From: a virus
Virus record (IMG/VR): IMGVR_UViG_3300012347_000350
Coordinates: 1,401 to 65,400 of that record
Strand: one strand, 5' to 3'
DNA length: 64,000 bases
Of this stretch, positions 1 through 7,836 are shown piece by piece. The notes under the pieces were generated by a model. It made no database searches. It was not told the origin of the DNA and saw only the letters and a program-made list of their open reading frames with translations. Position 1 is the first letter of the stretch; every line of letters starts with the position of its first letter. A program made the position numbers and the translations under genes.

Positions 1-575
1 TACATCGCCAAGAAACGGCTGTAGATGTCACGCAGCTCGCGTGGTGCATACACCATTGCTTCTCTGATTTGCACCGTCATGTTCTCGAGCTGAAGCTCGA
101 TCTCCACACGATCGATTGCACTGTCTTCGATTGTCGTCGTAGTTTTAGAGATTTCCTCTAGCTCCCGACAATAGGCCGTGAGATTCCGACGAATCTCAAA
201 GAAGGTCTTGAGCTGCTCGCAGACCTGGTGAATCGCCTGGGTCTGATATTCCTCGTAGCTGAGCTCAGGCTCTTTATGCTTGGTCTTCTTAACCGGCTGA
301 GCTACGGGTGCAGGAGCTGCAGGCTTGGGAGTGTCAGCAACAGGTTGCTGGATCTCGACCTTCTTAGCCGGCGCTGGAGCAGCTCCAAATAAACCAAGAA
401 GCCACGACCATAGGCTCGTGACTTCTTTGTAGATGGCTTTGGCATCGCCAATGCCTTGCTCGACTGTCTTCTTGAGCTTGCCTATCTCAGCCTTGCCCTC
501 GGAGAGCATCTCGCAGCCTTTCCTGACAGCTGCAACAGCTGCCTGCGCGGCCATGAGTAGGCTGATGGGGTCCAC
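1..575 (-). CDS. Hypothetical phage protein, truncated at the left window edge (MDPISLLMAAQAAVAAVRKGCEM...)
   Basis: Translated by hand: GTG at 575, open to base 1, starting just after the stop of ORF 577..888. Missing from the supplied track because it has no stop in the window. Confidence 0.8.
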   Translation of the reverse strand, partial: MDPISLLMAAQAAVAAVRKGCEMLSEGKAEIGKLKKTVEQGIGDAKAIYKEVTSLWSWLLGLFGAAPAPAKKVEIQQPVADTPKPAAPAPVAQPVKKTKHKEPELSYEEYQTQAIHQVCEQLKTFFEIRRNLTAYCRELEEISKTTTTIEDSAIDRVEIELQLENMTVQIREAMVYAPRELRDIYSRFLAM

Positions 576-576
576 A

Positions 577-888
577 TCAATGCGGGCCGATACCTAGCTT
601 TGCTTGGGCACCTAGCCACAACAAACCAATGGCAATCACCAAGGCACCGAGAACACCCTTCTTGATGATCTCTTTCTTGAGATCAGTCCAGAAGGCTTCT
701 TGCGCTTCAGCAGCTTTGATCAAGCTCTCGTGGTATTTGCGATGGCCGTCGTAATCGACTTCACCATCTTCGCCTTTTGGAAAAGCACTACGCATGTGCT
801 TGATTTCCAGCAGGATCAAATCGAGCTTGTGCTCGATCGTCAGTTCATCAGGGGTTTCTCGCTGTGAGCCTTGGTCATCGGTGAACAT
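577..888 (-). CDS. Small membrane protein with one C-terminal TM segment (holin/XhlA-like candidate)
   Basis: 103 aa; coiled N-terminus then hydrophobic GVLGALVIAIGLLWLG; lies at the distal end of the tail operon. Confidence 0.5.
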   Translation of the reverse strand: MFTDDQGSQRETPDELTIEHKLDLILLEIKHMRSAFPKGEDGEVDYDGHRKYHESLIKAAEAQEAFWTDLKKEIIKKGVLGALVIAIGLLWLGAQAKLGIGPH

Positions 889-897
889 TTACTGCTT

Positions 898-1167
898 TCA
901 GGGTTTTGGGTATTTGTCTTTTACCGCTTGGCATGCAGCGATGTATGCGTCGATTTGTGCTTGGTCGCCCTTCACCACGCCGTCTAGGTAGTCGGTGATT
1001 GGCGGGTATTCGGCGGCACGTTTATCCTTGTATTCAAACGAAGCCGCAAGCGCTTCTGCGGCTGCCAAGTCGAACTCAACTTCATTGTCGTTGATGTCAA
1101 AAGCCACACCGTCGCGCACATACGCGATATGTGGGTTTAGCTTAAATATTGCGTCTCCGAGAATCAT
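898..1167 (-). CDS. Small tail-fibre partner/chaperone-like protein
   Basis: 89 aa ending YKDKRAAEYP...VKDKYPKP, a pattern common after fibre genes in aquatic phages; overlaps the stop of the upstream fibre gene. Confidence 0.6.
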   Translation of the reverse strand: MILGDAIFKLNPHIAYVRDGVAFDINDNEVEFDLAAAEALAASFEYKDKRAAEYPPITDYLDGVVKGDQAQIDAYIAACQAVKDKYPKP

Positions 1168-2126
1168 GCGGCCACCTCAAGCAATGTAATTGACGACGGA
1201 CTTTGCGCGTTTCCGTACTGAAACCACGCATTCCCAGTATTTGCCCAGCACGACACGCGAACCTTGTATGTGAGCGCAGCTACGCTCGCGGGGCTGTCTA
1301 AAAATACTTTACCGGTGTAACCATGAATACGGTTTGAAATGCCTGTGTACGAAGACGTAAAACCGTTTTCACCTGTAATATCGACTCCGTTACGCATGAG
1401 CTTGTTACCAGTTCCCTGAGCGCCCGTCGCATCATGGAAATGAGACTGCTGCACCAACACCAAAACTTTGCTTGATGTAGATGAAGGCGTAATAGTTGCC
1501 TGTGTGCCAGAGTCATACCAAGTGTTGTAATTCGCTGAGTTAAGAATTAACTCAGTTGTATTTACCGCAGACACAACCTGCAATATTGCACCGGGCGTCA
1601 AAGACGTTACGTTACGGCCAACTTTCTTATCGTAGCCGCCAGTTGGCTTTGTTGACTGTGTTGTGTCGGAGTAGATGTTTGTGATGATTCCGAGATTGCC
1701 ATACGCAAGCGCCAACACCCGCGAGTACGGCTGCACTTGAATCCACAAATCCCAAATGAAATCCGTAGCGCCTTTTACGGCGTAGCACGCTGTCACCAAT
1801 GGGAACGTGGAACTGCTGTTGACCACGTTGGTCATTAAGTTGTTAGCGCTAGCGTCGTTGCCAATCGTGATGTAGATTGCAGATCCACCAGCAATGTTGT
1901 CGTCACCGGCAGAGAATCCGTTTGAACCAGTAAGCTGAATTGTCAAACGATCGTTCTGGCTACCAGATACGGTACAGAGCTTGACCCAAGTAGAAGTGCC
2001 ACCGACCAGGTTTAGCGCAGTCCATTCGCGAACGCCTGCAGCCCCCACAGCCAAACCAGCAGCAGGTATCTTGCCATCAGAACCAACCAAGGCTCCGAGC
2101 TTTGCTAAATATCGTGAGAGGCCCAT
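1164..2126 (-). CDS. Putative tail fibre/receptor-binding protein
   Basis: 320 aa, Gly/Ser/Thr-rich and beta-rich; C-terminal ITPSSTSSKVLV...DSPASVAALTYKV...SITLLEVAA fibre-tip-like domain. Confidence 0.65.
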   Translation of the reverse strand: MGLSRYLAKLGALVGSDGKIPAAGLAVGAAGVREWTALNLVGGTSTWVKLCTVSGSQNDRLTIQLTGSNGFSAGDDNIAGGSAIYITIGNDASANNLMTNVVNSSSTFPLVTACYAVKGATDFIWDLWIQVQPYSRVLALAYGNLGIITNIYSDTTQSTKPTGGYDKKVGRNVTSLTPGAILQVVSAVNTTELILNSANYNTWYDSGTQATITPSSTSSKVLVLVQQSHFHDATGAQGTGNKLMRNGVDITGENGFTSSYTGISNRIHGYTGKVFLDSPASVAALTYKVRVSCWANTGNAWFQYGNAQSPSSITLLEVAA

Positions 2127-2129
2127 GGC

Positions 2130-2411
2130 TTACTCCTGTTGAGCAGCTGCCATGGCTTCGCGTTCAGCGGCCACACGTGCTTGTTCTGCTTGATAGGCAG
2201 CGATGACTTCGGGTGTGTGAACAGCTGCACAAATTGCCAATACCTTGGCATCCATGTCTTGCGCGGCTTCACCTGGGGCTACTACGAAGCGATGGAAGTT
2301 CTGAGCAATGATTTCGCCATCACGAAGAACGCGCAGTGCTTCGCGCACTTGTACGTTGCCGTTTTCTAGCACTTCGATTTTGTCGATGACTTTGGTTTCT
2401 GAGATAGACAT
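2130..2411 (-). CDS. Small fibre-associated protein
   Basis: 93 aa (MSISETKVIDKIEVLENGNVQVREA...HRFVVAPG), a type often found after phage fibre genes. Confidence 0.65.
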   Translation of the reverse strand: MSISETKVIDKIEVLENGNVQVREALRVLRDGEIIAQNFHRFVVAPGEAAQDMDAKVLAICAAVHTPEVIAAYQAEQARVAAEREAMAAAQQE

Positions 2412-2420
2412 ATTTGTTCC

Positions 2421-3425
2421 TTATGTACGGTAAGTAAGTGAACCGATGATGTGAGTTCCATTCTGGACATGCGAAGGGGATAAATACGAAGTGCTGCCAG
2501 CACCGCCAGCAACATATGTCAACACAAACCCAGACGCGCCGGGGTCAACGTAACACCCCACCGAAGCAGGAGTAACCGTAAGCAGACCCGCCCAGTACCC
2601 AATACTTCCGCCAGTCCATGTATATCCAGTCGCTCCGAATGGGAGGCCGCCAACAAATATGAGTCCAGTACCGGTATGTGTTGATGAACAATTAATAGAA
2701 AACCCGACAGTTACCAAATTCCCCACTTTGGTATACGTGCCCTTATTGTTTACTGTATTGTATGTACCAGTGCCAGTTGTGCTCGAACCATAAAGATATG
2801 GCGTCCAAGTACCTACTTCATAATCGTCAAGCACTTCGCTTGTCGCGCCACTAGCATTTGCACTGGCAGAAAAGTCAATGCCTTTGCCTGCTGGAAGCGC
2901 AATACCACCACTGTTAAATATTGCATAAACCGTTGAGCCATCAACACTACGGACCTCACTTGTAGTGGCATCTAGAAACGCTCGGTAATCCCGAGTCAAT
3001 TCAAGGTTTGCACCAGAACCAGATGTACCACCACCTTGCAACACAAGCGTGGTGTCTGTACCAGAAGCAAAACCAATGACACGGTTGCTACCGGCATTGG
3101 GTGCCATGATCAAGTTGCCATTGACCAGCGGTGCAAACTTGGCATCAGCTTCAGACTTCAAGTAGCCATCGCTCAAACCACGAGGCAACCAAGTCTTGAT
3201 CTTGACCGTGTCACCGACTGCCGCAGCAGTACCCAACGTGACGGTCACACCATCAGGAGCTGTGAAGTCAGTAGTGTCAATCTCGACACCGTTGATGAGC
3301 ACATCTACATAGCCTTTGATGTAGCCAGAGATGGGTACAAAAGCAGATTTAGGAGATCCAGTGATGACTTCTTCCAGCACCACTCGCTGGGAAGAGACGC
3401 CTGGGGTATTGCCGATGTAGCTCAT
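2421..3425 (-). CDS. Putative tail fibre protein
   Basis: 334 aa; MSYIGNTP start; LDDYEVGTWTP...GTYTKVGNLVTV...GLPF fibre C-terminal motif. Confidence 0.7.
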   Translation of the reverse strand: MSYIGNTPGVSSQRVVLEEVITGSPKSAFVPISGYIKGYVDVLINGVEIDTTDFTAPDGVTVTLGTAAAVGDTVKIKTWLPRGLSDGYLKSEADAKFAPLVNGNLIMAPNAGSNRVIGFASGTDTTLVLQGGGTSGSGANLELTRDYRAFLDATTSEVRSVDGSTVYAIFNSGGIALPAGKGIDFSASANASGATSEVLDDYEVGTWTPYLYGSSTTGTGTYNTVNNKGTYTKVGNLVTVGFSINCSSTHTGTGLIFVGGLPFGATGYTWTGGSIGYWAGLLTVTPASVGCYVDPGASGFVLTYVAGGAGSTSYLSPSHVQNGTHIIGSLTYRT

Positions 3426-3428
3426 GGA

Positions 3429-3722
3429 TTACTCCTGAACAGCTTGCTCGGCTGCGGCTTGTTCAGCAGCTTTTGCTGCTTCGTATTCAGCCATCACTTG
3501 AGCAGCGGATTTAATGTCAGTTGCAAGCACCAAGTCTTCTCGACTACCAGTGATAGCTTCACCTGCGTCTAGTTTAGCTTTAACAATTTCTGCAACGATC
3601 TCGTCAATGGCGGCATTACAACGAACATTGACGACGTTCTGAATCCAAAATTCAGGAGATACAGCAACATGGGCTAACGCTTTTTCTTGCGCATCTGAAA
3701 TGGTGATCGTGTAAGTTTTCAT
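3429..3722 (-). CDS. Small fibre-associated protein
   Basis: Start re-assigned to ATG 3722 (AAAGGA RBS upstream); MKTYTITISDAQEKAL...; Ala/Glu-rich tail. Confidence 0.65.
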   Translation of the reverse strand: MKTYTITISDAQEKALAHVAVSPEFWIQNVVNVRCNAAIDEIVAEIVKAKLDAGEAITGSREDLVLATDIKSAAQVMAEYEAAKAAEQAAAEQAVQE

Positions 3723-3732
3723 TGTTTTTCCT

Positions 3733-4590
3733 TTACGCAATTAGAAAGCCAGACCAGCCGCTGTTATCCAGCGTTACTGTTGTAGGGCCGCTTGCCCAGT
3801 CCATAGCTAAGTTAACCGTGTCGCCTTGAGCCAACGGCAAATTAATTGAACTATTCCAACTAGCATACGCCGCACCATTGATAAAAGTACCAAGAATTGC
3901 ATCGCCCACAATAAATTCAACATGCGCTCCGTTCTTCATGAATCGCGCACGAAAGTACCCACTAAAAGTAGGCACGTTATTTAAACGAACAGTGCCTGAA
4001 AAATGGTAATAGCCCGCAACCGGTGCAGTAAACAGCCCAGTAGTTGGGTCATAAAGCGACATTGGGTCATATTCGGAACCCGCCATTTTTAAAACAGCAC
4101 CTCCAGCGTATGAGCCACCACTTCCAGCAATAGAAAAACGTGGTTGATACGGTTTCAACACATGCCCTGCACTGTTAATTTGCATACCCTTGACGATACC
4201 AGTACCGTTAGGGCCAAGCGTTGAGATACCGGCTCCAATGTTTACACCACCGTTATTCTGACCATTAAACTCAACATAACCCATCCAACTTGAGTCGACT
4301 TTAGCTTGCAAGCGCAAGCCAACAGTTGTCCAGTTGTTGCCTGCAGCAGCACGCACAGCCATTGCATAAAGCGAATCAGCATTACTACCATCGCTTAACG
4401 AAATCTGGTCAAAGATTTGTTGATCACCAGCAGTTGCACCGAGAGTTGAAATAGATTTATTCAACGTCCCGGTCATAGTGTCACCAGCTTTATTGACTGG
4501 CGTGTAACCAAGGTGCCCAACCACTGCGCCGGGAGCAAGGTTTCCGGCAGCAATCAGGCCCTGATAAGGAGCATTGCCGATCATTCCCAT
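3733..4590 (-). CDS. Putative tail fibre with C1q/TNF-like C-terminal domain
   Basis: 285 aa; LGYTPVNKAGDTMTG fibre repeat; C-terminal YDPTTGLFTAPVAGYYHFS...LAQGDTV...WSGFLI C1q signature. Confidence 0.7.
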   Translation of the reverse strand: MGMIGNAPYQGLIAAGNLAPGAVVGHLGYTPVNKAGDTMTGTLNKSISTLGATAGDQQIFDQISLSDGSNADSLYAMAVRAAAGNNWTTVGLRLQAKVDSSWMGYVEFNGQNNGGVNIGAGISTLGPNGTGIVKGMQINSAGHVLKPYQPRFSIAGSGGSYAGGAVLKMAGSEYDPMSLYDPTTGLFTAPVAGYYHFSGTVRLNNVPTFSGYFRARFMKNGAHVEFIVGDAILGTFINGAAYASWNSSINLPLAQGDTVNLAMDWASGPTTVTLDNSGWSGFLIA

Positions 4591-4600
4591 GGTCGGCTCC

Positions 4601-4927
4601 TTAGCTCAAGTACGAGACAACAGCATCAGCAGAGTTGCTGGCGCTTGCATAGGCAGTGACGGTGTCACCTTCTTCGAGCACAACCTTTTGGTCACCACCC
4701 ACAATGACAATGGCTCCACCAGGGAGCACCGTGGCATCTTTGACCAGGAACGCTGAGGTACCCCCGTTCTTGTTGAGCTTGGCTGACACCGTGATGGCTG
4801 TGCTGACCGTGTTGGCCAGTGAGAGCCCAATCAAGGTCGCTGTAGCGCCGCTACCCACCGTAGGGGTGATAGCAGTTGGGCTACCTGAGGTGCCCACGTT
4901 GGGGGTTGCTTTTGATTTGAAAGCCAT
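4601..4927 (-). CDS. Putative virion structural protein
   Basis: 108 aa beta-rich ORF in the tail operon with phage-typical codon use. Confidence 0.55.
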   Translation of the reverse strand: MAFKSKATPNVGTSGSPTAITPTVGSGATATLIGLSLANTVSTAITVSAKLNKNGGTSAFLVKDATVLPGGAIVIVGGDQKVVLEEGDTVTAYASASNSADAVVSYLS

Positions 4928-4936
4928 GATGAATCC

Positions 4937-5161
4937 TTAGCCGAGAGCAATCGCCATCGCAATGGCAGCTGACGTTGCTGCAGCATCGGCTTCAGCCTTG
5001 CTGTAGACACCCAAATTGGTACGTGAAGTCGGAACATCAGCAAGATCGCCTAGGTTCGACGCCTTGGCCATCTTGTCTGCGTTCAGGTTTGCAAAGTTCG
5101 CATCCACCTCATCGTTCGTGAGGGGAGATCCCTTAGTAGCGCGTGAGGTGATGTCGCTCAT
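4937..5161 (-). CDS. Putative tail-associated protein
   Basis: 74 aa with the RATKGSPLTNDEVDANFANLN motif typical of fibre N-terminal anchors. Confidence 0.55.
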   Translation of the reverse strand: MSDITSRATKGSPLTNDEVDANFANLNADKMAKASNLGDLADVPTSRTNLGVYSKAEADAAATSAAIAMAIALG

Positions 5162-5181
5162 TTGCAGCCTCTATCTGTCGA

Positions 5182-5646
5182 TTAAGCGGCAGCAATCGTG
5201 ATCACCCAAGTGATCACCATGGTGTCGTCAGAAGCCTTGTTCACCACTGGGAACACAGTGCGGCAAAGCATGTCACCACCGGTACCGGCGTTGAAGATGC
5301 CCGCTTCAGTTACAGCACCTGTGCCGTCACCAGCTTCAAACGAAGCCACATACGAAATTTTCTCGCTGTTGTCACCGGTGATGGTTGAGCTGTCCAGCGC
5401 TTCGCGTGAACCCAGCAAGGTCACGAGATCCGTCTGGCCGCCTGCCGTTGCAGTGGTACCGGAACCCAAAGCCATGTGAGACATGACGTTCTTGGCAGTG
5501 CCAGCCATCCGGCTGATGATGAATGCCAAGCCAGAGTTCACCACGAGGTTCTTGACTTCGCGGGTGTCTTTGACGTTGCCGTCTTTGTCTTTCAGGACGA
5601 TGCTCAGCTCGCCAGAGAGTTTGATGTTGTCTTGGATTTTGGACAT
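5182..5646 (-). CDS. Putative tail structural protein
   Basis: Start re-assigned to ATG 5646 (MSKIQDNIK); NLVVNSG...MALGSG...GAVTEAGIFN...VVNKASDDT...W pattern seen in tail-fibre N-terminal/baseplate-like proteins. Confidence 0.65.
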   Translation of the reverse strand: MSKIQDNIKLSGELSIVLKDKDGNVKDTREVKNLVVNSGLAFIISRMAGTAKNVMSHMALGSGTTATAGGQTDLVTLLGSREALDSSTITGDNSEKISYVASFEAGDGTGAVTEAGIFNAGTGGDMLCRTVFPVVNKASDDTMVITWVITIAAA

Positions 5647-5659
5647 GGTGTTTCCTTGG

Positions 5660-6679
5660 TTAGAAAGTTTGGGAAGCCCCGACATAGTCTTCGGCAAAGT
5701 AGGAGAACTCACAGTACCCCTGGCTTCGAAGAGAACCGCTATCGGTAATAGTGGTGGAGTCTTGTTTCACCAAACCAGTTCCAAGCGATGGTTGATCGGT
5801 GACAGCAAACTGATCCGTGATTGGGGCTTTGCTTAAACCCTTCGAGATCTGTTCACCGATTATAGGTACGTCGGACAGGGGCTTTGCCAGATCAAACGAC
5901 AAATGGTCTGCCGCTGCAGCTGTGTCATCGAATGCCCGGGTGTAATTGACCAGCCGGTAAAAGAGATCCGTAAAGCCAACGACATCAGTCACACCCTTGT
6001 TGAACAGCATGGTTTGGTCATCATTGACCGAAGCCACACCGTCAAAGTCATCGGTGACTGTGATCTGGTCATAGATCGTTTTGGTCAGTGCCTTGGCACT
6101 GGATTCCAAGACCCCGACTGCATCTGCCAAAGGCTTGGCAACGTCCAAAGCCACCTGTTCAGCTGCCCCAGCGGTGTCAGTCAAGACCTTGCCAAACTCG
6201 ATGACCTGGTCATCGGTAAAGCCAGCTGACTCAGTCAAGGCCTTGTAGAAGGCAATGACTGCGTCTTCCATGACACTGTACTGGTCAGCCACTGGCTTGG
6301 CCAAGAAAGCTGAGTAGTGGTCAGAAGCTGCGGCTTGGTCGGACAGGTTCTTGAAGAACTCGAAGATCTGAACGTCCGTCAGCCCAGCGTTATTGCGCAG
6401 GTTCTTGTGGAACTCCAGCGCAATGGCTTCAGCCACAGACGCGTTGTCAGTCTTGGTCTTGAAGAAGTTGATGAACATCTCGCTGACAATGCCAGCGCCG
6501 TCAATCACACTGATTGGGTCTAGCTTGTTGAAGCGGATGATCCACTGGCCGATCTCATAAGCCAGGTGGATGGACTGAATCTGAACTGCAGCAACCGTGC
6601 TTTGTGCCTGAGCAGAAAGAGACATTCCCAGCCGCGCGGACGCAACTGAGATGGCTTGAGCTACCGCAGTGAGCTTCAT
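5660..6679 (-). CDS. Repeat-containing putative tail protein (~18-aa period)
   Basis: 339 aa with tandem K-x-L-x-D...F-x-K units (see findings). Confidence 0.6.
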   Translation of the reverse strand: MKLTAVAQAISVASARLGMSLSAQAQSTVAAVQIQSIHLAYEIGQWIIRFNKLDPISVIDGAGIVSEMFINFFKTKTDNASVAEAIALEFHKNLRNNAGLTDVQIFEFFKNLSDQAAASDHYSAFLAKPVADQYSVMEDAVIAFYKALTESAGFTDDQVIEFGKVLTDTAGAAEQVALDVAKPLADAVGVLESSAKALTKTIYDQITVTDDFDGVASVNDDQTMLFNKGVTDVVGFTDLFYRLVNYTRAFDDTAAAADHLSFDLAKPLSDVPIIGEQISKGLSKAPITDQFAVTDQPSLGTGLVKQDSTTITDSGSLRSQGYCEFSYFAEDYVGASQTF

Positions 6680-7011
6680 GCAAAGTCCTTGCGGACCTTG
6701 AATTTGAGGAGCTCGTAGATGGTTTCGCGCTGGCCATCACCTTTGATGACCTCGATCTCACCTTCGTAGTCACCCTCTTCCACGTCCAAGTCACCGGCTT
6801 CCCACTCGAGGTAGCAGATGCCGGTGGTGTCCGTGTCCGGGTTGATGTAGGCAGCACGGGAGAAGATCACCGTGTCCGAGCCAACTGCCCGAAAGTGCAG
6901 CGTGACGGTAGCGCTGGTCAAGTCAATCGGGGCTCCCGTGACTTGATTGGTGAGGGTCAGCTTGATTTGCGGCCCAGTGTCACCCTGAACCAGTTTGATT
7001 TTGTTGCTCAT
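6676..7011 (-). CDS. BppU-N-like tail/baseplate adaptor domain protein
   Basis: 111 aa; IKLVQGDTGP...PIDLTSATV...GDLDVEEGDYEGEIEV pattern. Confidence 0.65.
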   Translation of the reverse strand: MSNKIKLVQGDTGPQIKLTLTNQVTGAPIDLTSATVTLHFRAVGSDTVIFSRAAYINPDTDTTGICYLEWEAGDLDVEEGDYEGEIEVIKGDGQRETIYELLKFKVRKDFA

Positions 7012-7097
7012 AGCAGTACTCCGACGAGGAATTGGGTCGGAAGTTCCTGCTATTCAGTCATCCGGTATGGCCAATATTAGACCATAGATCGTGTGTT

Positions 7098-7409
7098 TTA
7101 CCCTTGACCGTCCGGCACATCTTTGATGCTGCCGTCTTCATCTCGCACGGCATGAATGCAATAAGCCAAGGTTCCTGCTTCAAGTGCCACCAGTTGATGG
7201 TCCTTGTCTTTGGCTATCCAGATCATCTGAGGAGCCACAAAGACTTCGGTTTTACCGTCGACCGTGATTTCTACGCTGCCCTTGGCAAGCAAGGTCAAAT
7301 GGTCAAACTGGTGAACGTGAGTTTCTTTCACGTCGCCGGCGTTCACGAATAACATTTGACGGGCAAAAATATTGCCAGCCATGGCAAGTTTGACTTGTGG
7401 AAAGGCCAT
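7098..7409 (-). CDS. Cupin-fold protein
   Basis: 103 aa; HVHQFDHLTLLAKGSV...FVAPQMIWIAKDKDH...CIH metal-binding cupin motifs. Confidence 0.7.
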   Translation of the reverse strand: MAFPQVKLAMAGNIFARQMLFVNAGDVKETHVHQFDHLTLLAKGSVEITVDGKTEVFVAPQMIWIAKDKDHQLVALEAGTLAYCIHAVRDEDGSIKDVPDGQG

Positions 7410-7416
7410 AAAAATC

Positions 7417-7836
7417 CTAAAGAACAGCTACTTGAATAGCGTTGAGTGATGGTTTTGCTGGGATGTCTGTCATCGCCAGATCCGGCCAGTGATTGAGTCT
7501 GGGCAGATCGCGCAGCTTTTGTCGGTAGATTCTTGCAGCGGTTTGAAACGCCGAATCACCAACGTCTGGTAGCAGCATGAAGTCTGACTCAGCCAAAAGC
7601 TTGTTACGGTGATTCTTCCAAAACAGAGTTTTATCGACTACCGAAGCCTTTCCAGACGAGACATATTCATGGCTCAAGCGCTCTACTAAAGCGTCGTCAA
7701 GCACAACATATCCTGCCAGGTCTGACATGCCTTTGGTTGAGTACAAGACGGCACCTTCATCTTGCGCAACTTGCGCAATGCCGGAAACAAAGCCAATGAT
7801 TTCCCCGGACGTCGGGTCGTATTTGATGGTGTTCAT
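7417..7836 (-). CDS. Phage tail fibre assembly chaperone
   Basis: C-terminal RNKLLAESDF..LPD...YRQKLRDLP...WP signature; translationally coupled to the upstream fibre gene. Confidence 0.75.
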   Translation of the reverse strand: MNTIKYDPTSGEIIGFVSGIAQVAQDEGAVLYSTKGMSDLAGYVVLDDALVERLSHEYVSSGKASVVDKTLFWKNHRNKLLAESDFMLLPDVGDSAFQTAARIYRQKLRDLPRLNHWPDLAMTDIPAKPSLNAIQVAVL

